Source: Candidatus Thorarchaeota archaeon (GTDB lineage: Archaea > Asgardarchaeota > Thorarchaeia > Thorarchaeales > Thorarchaeaceae). Taken from it: DNA of 64,000 nucleotides. Positions 29,475 to 38,884 of this stretch are shown one piece after another. The DNA is taken from positions 1 to 64,000 of the forward strand of contig JBHLRQ010000003.1 of the NCBI GenBank assembly GCA_048882385.1, read 5' to 3'. Numbering within the stretch: the stretch's first letter is position 1; the number at the start of each line of letters is the position of its first letter. The notes beneath the pieces were generated by a model, which had not been told where the DNA came from, made no database searches, and saw only the letters and a list, made by a program, of their open reading frames with translations. A program made the position numbers and the translations under genes.

Positions 29475-30650
29475 CTAGCGGATTTTCAGGAGTTTTGGTA
29501 GATATGAATCTAAACGACTCAGAGCTTCTTCGATTCTCTTTGTAGAAACTGCATAACAGAGTCTTAAAAATCCCTCTCCAAAACTTCCAAAGGCAGAACC
29601 ATGAACTGTTACAACATTAGTTTCTTTCAGAATTCTATGAACCAAATCATAGGATTTTATTCCAAAAGCTGAAACATCAGGAAACACATAGAATGCTCCT
29701 CCAGGCGGATCCAACTCAACTCCATCAATGTCATCAAGTCCTTTTGTTATCAGGTCCCTTCGTTTTTTGAATGTGGCGAGCATATCTCTAATGCAATCTT
29801 GCGAACCACTCACTGCAGCTTCCGCCGCTTTCTGAGCGATTGAAGTTGGCATAGCAATGACATGTTCCTGAAGTTTGGTCATTGCCCCAATGATTTCATG
29901 TGGTCCTGTTGCTGCGGCAATTCTCCATCCAGTCATGGCATATGTCTTAGAAAGTGAAAACACCGAAATGGTTCTTTCTTTCATATCCGGCAATGAACCA
30001 ATGAATAGTGGTTTCTCATTATCATATCTAAATTTCTCATATGCTTCATCTGCAATCACATAGAGATCGTTCTCCTTGCACACTTCTGCTATGCGTTTCA
30101 ATTCATTATTGTCGATGACGCCTCCAGTTGGATTATTTGGAGAATTTAGTACAACCATCTTTGTTTTTGGAGTCAATTTATTCTCGATATCCTCAGCAGT
30201 AACTCCGAATCCATGTTCCTTCTTCAGTTGAACAGATATCGGAATTCCCTCTGCGAGTTTGATATGCGCATAATGACTTACGAAACCAGGATCTGGATAT
30301 ATCACCTCATCTCCTGGATTGATAATAACTAAATTAGCAAGAACTAGCGCACCCATACCACCAGCCGTCAGAATCAGTTCGGTTTCAGGATTAGCTTCTA
30401 TGTCGTTATCACGCTTTAGTTTCTTCGCAATGGCTTCACGAGATTCAATATACCCAGCATTGTGTGTATACCTAGTATATCCCTCATCTATCGCTAGTTT
30501 GGCTGCATCTTTGATGTGCTGAGGAGTATCAAAATCCGGGATACCCACTGTCATATCAAAAACATCAGTTCGACCAATAATCTTGTTGAAAATCTTGCGA
30601 ATCTCACTTGCAGGAACATCTACATTTCTTTCTGCGAGCAAATGAACCAC
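29475..30650 (-). CDS. Class I/II PLP aminotransferase
   Basis: G.PDF.TP, NSPNNPTG, DEAY, SLSKTYAMTGWRI. Confidence 0.92.
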   Translation of the reverse strand: MVHLLAERNVDVPASEIRKIFNKIIGRTDVFDMTVGIPDFDTPQHIKDAAKLAIDEGYTRYTHNAGYIESREAIAKKLKRDNDIEANPETELILTAGGMGALVLANLVIINPGDEVIYPDPGFVSHYAHIKLAEGIPISVQLKKEHGFGVTAEDIENKLTPKTKMVVLNSPNNPTGGVIDNNELKRIAEVCKENDLYVIADEAYEKFRYDNEKPLFIGSLPDMKERTISVFSLSKTYAMTGWRIAAATGPHEIIGAMTKLQEHVIAMPTSIAQKAAEAAVSGSQDCIRDMLATFKKRRDLITKGLDDIDGVELDPPGGAFYVFPDVSAFGIKSYDLVHRILKETNVVTVHGSAFGSFGEGFLRLCYAVSTKRIEEALSRLDSYLPKLLKIR

Positions 30651-30767
30651 CGACGCAAATTTCTGAGTTCTAACCAGTTTATATAATCTCTCGAATGGTC
30701 ATTAAAATTTAGGAAAGAATGAAGACTCTCAGAGGAGTTTTAAGAAACGAAGACAAACATAGCAGCC

Positions 30768-31241
30768 ATGCCCAATCCAAGCGCAGATGATGTACGGAGA
30801 GCCAACATGACAACGCTAGCTGAAACACATACAATCTATGTTGAAGCAATTCGTAGTCTAATGGGAGAGGATGGTCTCAAGGCAATCGGTGAAGCCAATC
30901 GGCTTCATGGTCTTGAACTTGGGAAGAACGCTGTTGAGCAGGGAGATCTTCGAGTTGGTGATTTTCGGTCAATTTACGAATTCTTTGAGGGAGCACATTC
31001 ATACTTTGGATTCAAGCTCTCGATAGAAGAATTAACCGACAAACGCTTTGATATCAAAGTGACATATTGCCCCTGGCTTGAAGGCTTCAAAAACAAGAAT
31101 GCGAGTTCAGACATCTGTTGGTGGGTGACCAAAATAGATGAAGGTATTGGACAAGCAGTGGATCCTGATTTAAGAATGACACTTCCAAAGTGCATGATGC
31201 GCGGTGATGAATACTGTATCTATAGATGGGAGAAAGAATAG
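30768..31241 (+). CDS. ATC-hydrolase/V4R-like protein
   Basis: VTYCPW, C...D, KCMMRGDEYC.Y motifs. Confidence 0.75.
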   Translation: MPNPSADDVRRANMTTLAETHTIYVEAIRSLMGEDGLKAIGEANRLHGLELGKNAVEQGDLRVGDFRSIYEFFEGAHSYFGFKLSIEELTDKRFDIKVTYCPWLEGFKNKNASSDICWWVTKIDEGIGQAVDPDLRMTLPKCMMRGDEYCIYRWEKE

Positions 31242-31243
31242 CA

Positions 31244-31909
31244 ATGGTGGACAGAAATTCAATTATTGAGAGAACCATGAAACTCTATGTGGCTGCACTA
31301 TCTGACGCTGCAGATGAGATTGGTCTCGGACTTGTCTGTATGGATAGGGGAATAATCCCACTAACAAAGAATGTACGAATGGCTGGGTTTGCAAGAACTG
31401 GAAAACTAGTACGTTCTCCTGCAACTCGACCCTATGATGAAAAACAACTAGATATCTTCATGAGCTTAGCAACAGATGCTATTGATGGTGACATCATTGT
31501 CATTGATATGGCAGGAGCAACTGATTGTTCAGCCTGGGGTCAGATTCTAACCAAGATTGGGATGCCAAGAGGTGTGAGAGGTGCAGTCGTTGATGGAACA
31601 TCTCGTGACATCCATGATATTGACAAGATGAATTTTGCAGTCTTTGCGCGAGGTAGACACCCTGGTACTATGAGAGGTCGTTTGGATATGGAATCTGTCC
31701 AGAAGTCTATCGTGTGTGGAGGAGTAACAGTCAATTCTGGTGATCTGATATTTGGAGATGGTGATGGAGTTGTGGTAATTCCTGCTGACAAGATAGATGA
31801 AGTACTTGCTCATGCTGAAGAGGTTGTAGCAACAGATGGGTGGTGGTCGGACAAACTTGACGAGGGTGAAGATCCCCACGATCTTCACAAAGAGAAACCT
31901 ATACCATAA
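31244..31909 (+). CDS. RraA family protein (HMG/CHA aldolase-like)
   Basis: AALSDA, AWGQIL, GAVVDGTSRD, GDLIFGDGDGVVVIP. Confidence 0.88.
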   Translation: MVDRNSIIERTMKLYVAALSDAADEIGLGLVCMDRGIIPLTKNVRMAGFARTGKLVRSPATRPYDEKQLDIFMSLATDAIDGDIIVIDMAGATDCSAWGQILTKIGMPRGVRGAVVDGTSRDIHDIDKMNFAVFARGRHPGTMRGRLDMESVQKSIVCGGVTVNSGDLIFGDGDGVVVIPADKIDEVLAHAEEVVATDGWWSDKLDEGEDPHDLHKEKPIP

Positions 31910-33037
31910 TCAGGATATGGGATACACACCTTTCTTCTTTGCATAATCGTAAAGCTCGAGTATCTTTTCTGGTGTTGATTCTGGTTGAATGTTGTGCGCA
32001 GGTGCAAGAATGTATCCACCACCTGGAGCCAATGCCTTCAGCCTTGTTTCAACCTCCTGCCTGACATCCTCAATGGTTCCCTGAGCTGACATGGCGTGCT
32101 GAAGGTCGATACCACCATGAAATGTGAGTTTCTCTCCGTATTTCTCCTTAAGACTAGCAGAATTCATTCCTTTTGCTAATGGTTGGATCGGATTGAGAAT
32201 GTCAACATCTACTTCGATTAGGTCTCCAATCATGGGCTCTATTGCACCGCATGAATGATAGAGTATTTTTATGTGAGGAGCTCTTCGATGAATATCAGAG
32301 TAGATTTTCTTGTGTCTGTGTTTGACCATTTTTCTATACATTCTTGGACTCATTATCAAACCATCTTGATGTCCTAAATCATCGCCGACTTGAACAATAT
32401 CCAGATAGTCCCCAACCTCATCCAAGAATACTCTGTTCAATTCAAGTGCAAGATTCATGCTCTTTTCCATCATTGCTTCAGCAAGGTCTGGTCTTTTGAT
32501 TAGGTCTACTAGAAATTTGTCAAATCCTCTCATGTAATGAGCCACGACTTCAAAAACACCCCAAGGCCCTCCCACCATGCCCACAACACCATAGACAGTT
32601 TCTTCGTGGAGATGCTTTGCCCATTTTGCAACTCCATTCATTTTTGTAGGATCATCGGGATTAATCCAATCAAACTCTTCAACCTCTTCGACTTCCGTAA
32701 ACTCAGCCCATGGATAATATGTCACTTCATAGTATCCGCCAATCAGTTTCATACCACATTTGAATTCGGTTTCAATAGATCCATCAGGTAGTGGACTTGG
32801 TTCGAAATCTTCTGATGTCTTCATGTATACTCTTCGGAAATCAACACTCAACCGTTTTAGTAATTCTTCAGAAGTTTTCCATTCAGACATAATTCCCCAT
32901 TCTTGAGTTTCAGGTGCAGTGATTCCCAGATGGTCCCGGAGATTCTCGTATGCCTGAGGCGTGGTCCAGTAATCTAATGGAACCCTGTCCGGTTCTTCGT
33001 GGTTGACGGTAGCATGGAATCTCTCTCTTGGCTTCAT
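31910..33037 (-). CDS. Uroporphyrinogen decarboxylase / MtaA-like family protein
   Basis: HEEPDRVP, GDDLG.Q, HSCG, LNPIQP, FHGGID, GGGYILAPAHNIQ. Confidence 0.88.
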   Translation of the reverse strand: MKPRERFHATVNHEEPDRVPLDYWTTPQAYENLRDHLGITAPETQEWGIMSEWKTSEELLKRLSVDFRRVYMKTSEDFEPSPLPDGSIETEFKCGMKLIGGYYEVTYYPWAEFTEVEEVEEFDWINPDDPTKMNGVAKWAKHLHEETVYGVVGMVGGPWGVFEVVAHYMRGFDKFLVDLIKRPDLAEAMMEKSMNLALELNRVFLDEVGDYLDIVQVGDDLGHQDGLIMSPRMYRKMVKHRHKKIYSDIHRRAPHIKILYHSCGAIEPMIGDLIEVDVDILNPIQPLAKGMNSASLKEKYGEKLTFHGGIDLQHAMSAQGTIEDVRQEVETRLKALAPGGGYILAPAHNIQPESTPEKILELYDYAKKKGVYPIS

Positions 33038-33141
33038 CAGATTTCCTCATTTTTATAATCCATATTAAATTGAGATTAGACCGCAGTCTTTAATTAATCG
33101 GTACACTATCTGACATTTCCAGTATCAATGGAGAGAATGAT

Positions 33142-34524
33142 ATGGTCAACATCAAGAAGGTTACAACTCTTCTCCAAAAGGTTGTAGCCCCAAGTCGAGT
33201 CACTGACAGAAAATTCGACATGCTTCCTTATAGTCGCGACTTGAGTCCCGCAGACCAAAAGATGCCAACTCATGTTGTGATGCCCGAATCCCGAGAGGAG
33301 ATTCAAGCTATTCTAAAGATAGCAAATGATGAGAATGTACCTGTCTATATCCGTGGTGGTGGTACATCTCATTGGGATGCATACCTCCCACAAGAACCTG
33401 GAATCATGCTTGACTTAGGTCGGATGAATAAGATCGTTGATATCAACGATAGAGACCTCGTGGCAACAGTTCAACCTAACTGTACTTGGGCCAAACTAGA
33501 CCAAGAACTACGAAAACAGGGACTTACTTACCTCTGCAGTGAGGCTGGTGGACCAGCTATGACGATTGGAGGTTCTGTTATGAAAGCTGGGGGAGGTCCA
33601 CACTCAACTGCAAAGTTTGGTTTCCATGGCAAAGATGACATTGTAACACTTGAAATGGTTCTGCCAAATGGTGACATTGTTGAAACTGGTTCTGCTGCAT
33701 GGCCAAGTGCAGGAAAATTCAAACGCCAGTGCCTTGGACCTGACCTTGCTGGGATGTTCATAGGAGCTGAAGGAATTCTTGGAATCTGTACTGAACTCTC
33801 AATTCGAATTCGCCCAGTGACTGATGTTTCAGAGAGACTAACTGCTACCATGAAAACACTTGATGATGTCATAGAATTTGGTCATTTTATCAATCAACAT
33901 GTGGGAGATGAATATATGCAGGGCATCTATCTGTGGGTAGACCCGTCAGCACCTGATGTATTCTTCTTGATGATGGATATTTTTGGATATGAAAAGGAAA
34001 TAGTTGTTCACAGAAAGAAGAGGATAATAGAGAAACTCAAAGAGTTAGGTGGTGAGATCGGAGACCGTGCGCCAGCAGATGATTATTTCGGGAGGATTCT
34101 GACTGGTCTCACAGACTTATTCAATACAGGCGTCTGGCATTTCTTCGGAGCTGGGTCTCTAAGGATTGATGATATAACGTTCCTTTACAAGGTCTGGAAA
34201 GAGGAACTGATTGAGAAACGAGGATACACAAAGGCTGGTTTTGGTGGCCAAATACTCCCTAGAGACTGGCTTGCATTCATGGTGACTAATTATAGAGAAC
34301 CTGAAGAATGGCAAGAACTAGTGAAGATGGCTGATGAGATAGATGAAATTACTCTAAGAGGCCCAGTCGTCCCGTATGGAATCGGTGGTCGTGATGGGCT
34401 TCGAAAATTTGTTGCTGAGAGGGATACAGGTTACTACAGATTGCTAAAGACACTCAAGAAGACACTTGACCCCAATAACATCTTGCAACGAGGAATCTTC
34501 ATACCTGTGGAGGAATTACGTTGA
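33142..34524 (+). CDS. FAD-binding oxidoreductase (GlcD-like), second copy
   Basis: RGGGTS, LEMVLPNG, GAEGILGI, LDPNNIL. Confidence 0.9.
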   Translation: MVNIKKVTTLLQKVVAPSRVTDRKFDMLPYSRDLSPADQKMPTHVVMPESREEIQAILKIANDENVPVYIRGGGTSHWDAYLPQEPGIMLDLGRMNKIVDINDRDLVATVQPNCTWAKLDQELRKQGLTYLCSEAGGPAMTIGGSVMKAGGGPHSTAKFGFHGKDDIVTLEMVLPNGDIVETGSAAWPSAGKFKRQCLGPDLAGMFIGAEGILGICTELSIRIRPVTDVSERLTATMKTLDDVIEFGHFINQHVGDEYMQGIYLWVDPSAPDVFFLMMDIFGYEKEIVVHRKKRIIEKLKELGGEIGDRAPADDYFGRILTGLTDLFNTGVWHFFGAGSLRIDDITFLYKVWKEELIEKRGYTKAGFGGQILPRDWLAFMVTNYREPEEWQELVKMADEIDEITLRGPVVPYGIGGRDGLRKFVAERDTGYYRLLKTLKKTLDPNNILQRGIFIPVEELR

Positions 34525-35717
34525 AAATCGATGAATACAAGGATATGATCTACGCGTGTGGTAGATGCGAATTCTGCCGAGGAAATGACTACAATGACCG
34601 TTGTCCAGAGATCTTCACCCAATATTGGGAGTCCTCCACTGCACGAGGTCGAATGGCAATTGCTCGTTCAATACTAGAAGGCAAATTGGACTATTCTGAA
34701 GAGCTTGCTGAGAGAATCTTTGGCTGTTTTATGTGCGGAAGATGCAGAGAAGAATGCAAAAAGGCTGCGCAGATCGATGTGATAGCGATTACAAAAGCGA
34801 TGCGTCAAGACTTCGTTGACAAAGGCATCAAGATTCCTGAAGCTGGGGCTAACATGGCTGATACAGTAACCTCCTCTGGTAACATCTTCGCAGATCCTCA
34901 CAAAGTACACAACAAATGGGCTGAGGGACTTGAGTTCAAAGAGGGCTCAGGAACACTATTCTACCCTGGTTGTCTGGCCAGTCATCGATTTAAGGAAAAA
35001 ACTCACATCTTAGTCCAACTTCTTCAGGCTGCTGGATATAATCTTGACTTCCTGGGTGATGAACAAGACTGTTGTGGGACTCCATATTGGATAACAGGGA
35101 AAATGGAAAACGCAACAGAATATGCCCGGAATTATCTGAAGAAACTACAAGAACGGGGAGTAAAGGAATTAATAACTCCTTGTCCAAGTTGCTTCAGAGC
35201 TTTTGATGAAGAGTATCCACATCTTCTTGGAATAGAGGAGTTTCCAATCAAGATTCGTCACACAAGTGAAGTCCTCCAGGAGATTGTTGATAAGAAGAAG
35301 CTGAAACTCAACGTTTCTATAACCAAAAAAGTAACCTATCATGATCCTTGTGAAATTGGACGATATCGTGACATCTACGAGCCTCCGCGTAGGGTTCTTG
35401 AAGCTATTCCGGGAATAGAATTTGTAGAGATGCGGAAGAACCGTGGACAGGCATTCTGTTGTGGTGGAGGTGGAGGATGTAAAATCATGTTTCCCGAACA
35501 TTCACAGACTGTATCAAACGAGCGTATTCGAAACTTTACAGAAACTAATGCTGAGCTCATGGTAACAATCTGTCCAGCATGTGAAATGAACCTCACACAT
35601 GGAATGTATGAAGCTGATTTAGATGTCCGTGTATTGGATGTCGCAGAAATAATGGCAGTTTCAGCAGGAATAGTTGATGCTGAAATCCTAGAGCCCGATT
35701 ATTTTCCTGAGGATTGA
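34521..35717 (+). CDS. Fe-S oxidoreductase subunit (GlpC/HdrD-like), second copy
   Basis: CGRCEFC, CFMCGRC..C, CCG, YHDPC, CCGGGGG. Confidence 0.9.
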   Translation: MKIDEYKDMIYACGRCEFCRGNDYNDRCPEIFTQYWESSTARGRMAIARSILEGKLDYSEELAERIFGCFMCGRCREECKKAAQIDVIAITKAMRQDFVDKGIKIPEAGANMADTVTSSGNIFADPHKVHNKWAEGLEFKEGSGTLFYPGCLASHRFKEKTHILVQLLQAAGYNLDFLGDEQDCCGTPYWITGKMENATEYARNYLKKLQERGVKELITPCPSCFRAFDEEYPHLLGIEEFPIKIRHTSEVLQEIVDKKKLKLNVSITKKVTYHDPCEIGRYRDIYEPPRRVLEAIPGIEFVEMRKNRGQAFCCGGGGGCKIMFPEHSQTVSNERIRNFTETNAELMVTICPACEMNLTHGMYEADLDVRVLDVAEIMAVSAGIVDAEILEPDYFPED

Positions 35718-35748
35718 TTGTGGGCATTCTACGCCCCATATCCTCTCT

Positions 35749-36039
35749 TTATCCCCCAACAGCTGCAATCATAAAGACAACCAGGTCGCCTTTCGAGAGT
35801 TTTGTTTTATCGCCTTTCTTTGCTACCATATTCATTCCATTAACTACAACAATGGCGTCGCGTCTAAGAACTCTCTTTTCAGTATCTTCAAGATACACTT
35901 CAAACTGCTCCCCAAATTCTTCGTGAAGATCATCAATTAGGTCTCTGACCGTAGCATCATCTTTAGTTTCGAATGTGAATTTGTTGTGTTCATCGTACTT
36001 GAGACCCTTATTCATTAACTTCACAAACACTTCTGTCAA
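35749..36039 (-). CDS. MoaD/ThiS/SAMP ubiquitin-like protein
   Basis: TVRDLI, VVVNG, L..GD.V, C-terminal AVGG. Confidence 0.88.
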   Translation of the reverse strand: MTEVFVKLMNKGLKYDEHNKFTFETKDDATVRDLIDDLHEEFGEQFEVYLEDTEKRVLRRDAIVVVNGMNMVAKKGDKTKLSKGDLVVFMIAAVGG

Positions 36040-36232
36040 CTGTAACCTTCACCACTTGCTCTGTTTAATACATGGTTAAGACTTAAATTAAGTATGTCGC
36101 AGTAGTCCTTAGACGCATCGCCCACCATTAACCATAATGGATGAGGGTCGGGGCAAGAATCTTAAGCGATTTAGATTGCTAAACGTTGTCGCCCAAAGAC
36201 GTAGATAAACACTGATACCGGTTGAGATTGAA

Positions 36233-37015
36233 TTGGCAGGAAAAGCAGCAAAACCGACATTAAGAGAATGGCTCGCTCAGCACGGAAGGAATGAACCTAT
36301 TCATTACAAAGAGATTGCAGAAGCTCTTGAGCGGGATCCGGCATCAGTTTCAGCCTCTTTATCAATAGAATGGAAACAAGCTCAGGAAGATAATAGACCT
36401 GCGTACTTCGTTCGGACAGGGCCTGGTTTGTACCAGTATAATGATTTGTGTGAAGGAGCAGTTGATGAAGAGCTGATTTCAGAGGTTAGTGCAAGAGCTG
36501 ATGACTTTAACCGGGCTACAAGACGTGAAATGCGTCTTGAGATATCAAAGCTTGATATTGAAGGATTCAATGATTTAGCGAAAATAGTGCTATTGAATGT
36601 TCGAGCTCGTGTTGAAGAAGCTGAAGAAGTTCAGAGATACAATGGAAATGTTGTCTTAGTGACTTCTTGGCGAGATGATGGCGGCAGATCACCTGTTGTA
36701 GTCTATGCTAAAAAATGCAGGATGGATGAGAAAATCGGTGTTGATCTTATACGTGAGATTCGTGGAACACTTCCTAATTATCAAGCTAACCAGGGTGTTT
36801 TGATTACAAACGGTATCGTTTCTGATGAAGGCAAACAGGAAGCCCTTGGTTACAGGGAGAAGAATCTGAAGGTATCAGTGCCACCTGTTCACATAATGGA
36901 TATCGAAATTATTCTCAACGTTCTTCTAGAGAGCAGAACTGGTGTACGCGCCAAGAGGGTTGAAGTTTTATTGCTGGATATTGACTTTTTCAAACGATTG
37001 CGCCATTCAACCTAG
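36233..37015 (+). CDS. Winged-helix (HARE-HTH-like) plus Mrr-like endonuclease-fold protein
   Basis: PIHYKEI..F.R.GPG.Y; IG...IREIRG.L...QGVLITN..S..G..EA Mrr pattern. Confidence 0.72.
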   Translation: MAGKAAKPTLREWLAQHGRNEPIHYKEIAEALERDPASVSASLSIEWKQAQEDNRPAYFVRTGPGLYQYNDLCEGAVDEELISEVSARADDFNRATRREMRLEISKLDIEGFNDLAKIVLLNVRARVEEAEEVQRYNGNVVLVTSWRDDGGRSPVVVYAKKCRMDEKIGVDLIREIRGTLPNYQANQGVLITNGIVSDEGKQEALGYREKNLKVSVPPVHIMDIEIILNVLLESRTGVRAKRVEVLLLDIDFFKRLRHST

Positions 37016-37091
37016 TTGAATTAACCTCTTTAACTAGTCGTACTAAGTTAAAGTGGAAGTTAAAGAGAAATTCCGTCAAATGAGATTTTTT

Positions 37092-37107
37092 TACGTCAAT
37101 TGACGTA
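37092..37107. promoter_or_regulatory. Perfect 16-bp palindrome upstream of APC permease (candidate operator)
   Basis: TACGTCAATTGACGTA flanked by T-runs. Confidence 0.55.
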
Positions 37108-37262
37108 TTTTTTAGAAAAGCTTCTCTTATCGTGGTTTTCATTCAAATGTTCAACTGATTATAATGACCTGATTCTTTAAATATCAGGAAATGTCTTGTA
37201 GTGAACCATCACGATACGATCGTATTCTGTCGTGAGAGAGAAAATATAGGAGAACACGCAAT

Positions 37263-38798
37263 TTGAGTGAGGAAGAAAAGCTCCTCTTCGTGCGAGAGAG
37301 CTCCGGTCTTGTAAAAGAAGTCGGAACTGGTTTTGCCCTTCTTCTCCCCATTGCCCTAACACTCGGACCATGGTTCCACTATTTTGGACCACAGGTCTCC
37401 ACTTGGTATCCAGGTGCGCATCTATTACCAATGTATGCATTGGGTGCAGGAATTGTATTCTTTGAAGCACTTGCACTCATGTGTCTGATGCTTGCCATGC
37501 CAAGATCGGGTGCGTCATACCACTTCACTGGAAGAGGTCTGAGCCCCATATTCGGTGTGATGGAAGGTTGGCGAAGTGTAATTACCAACCCAGTCTTTAG
37601 AGGAACTGGAAGCTTTTTCGCTGTACAAATATTCGCAGGTGGTTTGACAGTTATTGGAACTGCTACAGGCAATACAACGTTGCTAGCCTTTGCAACATCC
37701 CTAGGTGGCGACCTAATAGTATTGTTCACAGCTGCGGTCTTGATGATTCTTGTCGGATTCATCTTTAGCTATCTCAGTGTAAAATGGCTGGGATGGTTTA
37801 CGATTATCCTAGGTATCATCAATATAGCGGCGTTGCTGGTAGCAGATCTTGTTATGATAGCAACTCCAATAACACAATCAGTCTGGGAAGCTTCGATGGG
37901 TTCCGGTAGTTGGGCTCCAATCGCTGCATTTGACAACTCTGCATATGTGAACTTTGACGTCGGGGCGGTAGGTGGCGCACTCCTCCTAACTGTGGGAGGT
38001 ATGTGGCCATACCTGATCATGCCCGTGGCTGGTGAAGTTTCACAACCAAGTAGGAATATTCCACTGAGCAACATCGGTGGCTGGGCTGGCATTGCTGGCT
38101 TCTTCCTACTATCAGCATTCGCAGTTGAGAGCAGCATGGGACCAAACCTATACGGCATCAATCTCGCTGGTGGTGTGTTCCCAGGTTTCGGTAACTACGC
38201 AGCAGTCATTCTTGGTGCTAATCCACTCGCATGGTTCGTGATCTTATGTCCGGTCTTTGCGAGCGTGTTAGACTCACCGAGTAATGCTCTGTGGGTGACG
38301 CGACCAATGCACTCGATGGCTATGGACAGATTCTGTCCTGAGGCATTTGCAAGAGTCCATCCGAAGTATCACGTACCACACATTACATTGTGGTTCTGGC
38401 TGATTCTTTCAATTGGAACTGTTGCATACGCTACAGCTCTGGAACTATTCTTTGGCACTGCACTTGCATCACTGATAGGTGTAGCATATACCTATGTCTT
38501 CATACGGTGGCAAATGGCGTTAGCTGCGGTATCCTTACCGTACTATCGACCGACGCTGTGGGAGCGAAGTGGTGCTTGGAAGATCTTGGGAATACCGTTG
38601 ATTTCAATCGGTGGACTCGTATCAGGTGCTATGTTCTTCTGGGCTATCATTGCGTACGTGCCCGGATTGCCTTACGAGGTTGCCTTCACAGTTCTAGTGT
38701 ACTTCATAGGTCAACTGGCCTACATGTACTATGGAGCCAAGAACAAGGCGAAAGGCATCGAGATGTCAGCCATCTTTGGACAACTACCGCCAGAATAA
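37263..38798 (+). CDS. APC family amino acid/amine permease
   Basis: FVRESSGLVKE, AMPRSGA.Y, AGEV..P.R, R...MAMDR..P..FA.VH; ~12 TM helices. Confidence 0.88.
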   Translation: MSEEEKLLFVRESSGLVKEVGTGFALLLPIALTLGPWFHYFGPQVSTWYPGAHLLPMYALGAGIVFFEALALMCLMLAMPRSGASYHFTGRGLSPIFGVMEGWRSVITNPVFRGTGSFFAVQIFAGGLTVIGTATGNTTLLAFATSLGGDLIVLFTAAVLMILVGFIFSYLSVKWLGWFTIILGIINIAALLVADLVMIATPITQSVWEASMGSGSWAPIAAFDNSAYVNFDVGAVGGALLLTVGGMWPYLIMPVAGEVSQPSRNIPLSNIGGWAGIAGFFLLSAFAVESSMGPNLYGINLAGGVFPGFGNYAAVILGANPLAWFVILCPVFASVLDSPSNALWVTRPMHSMAMDRFCPEAFARVHPKYHVPHITLWFWLILSIGTVAYATALELFFGTALASLIGVAYTYVFIRWQMALAAVSLPYYRPTLWERSGAWKILGIPLISIGGLVSGAMFFWAIIAYVPGLPYEVAFTVLVYFIGQLAYMYYGAKNKAKGIEMSAIFGQLPPE

Positions 38799-38811
38799 AC
38801 CAATATAAGTT

Positions 38812-38848
38812 GAAGAGAGCAGCAAGCTCTCTTCTTCCCTTTTCTTTT
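38812..38848 (+). terminator. Hairpin plus pyrimidine tract after APC permease
   Basis: GAAGAGAGC-N5-GCTCTCTTC then TTCCCTTTTCTTTT. Confidence 0.6.
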
Positions 38849-38884
38849 ATCAACCATCACAGAAATCCTTGAAACTTCAAAGAT

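Noticed and set aside
36060-36200. Moco/W-cofactor riboswitch upstream of the MoaD-like gene
   Set aside because: Only short hairpins and an AT-rich palindrome; no recognisable motif
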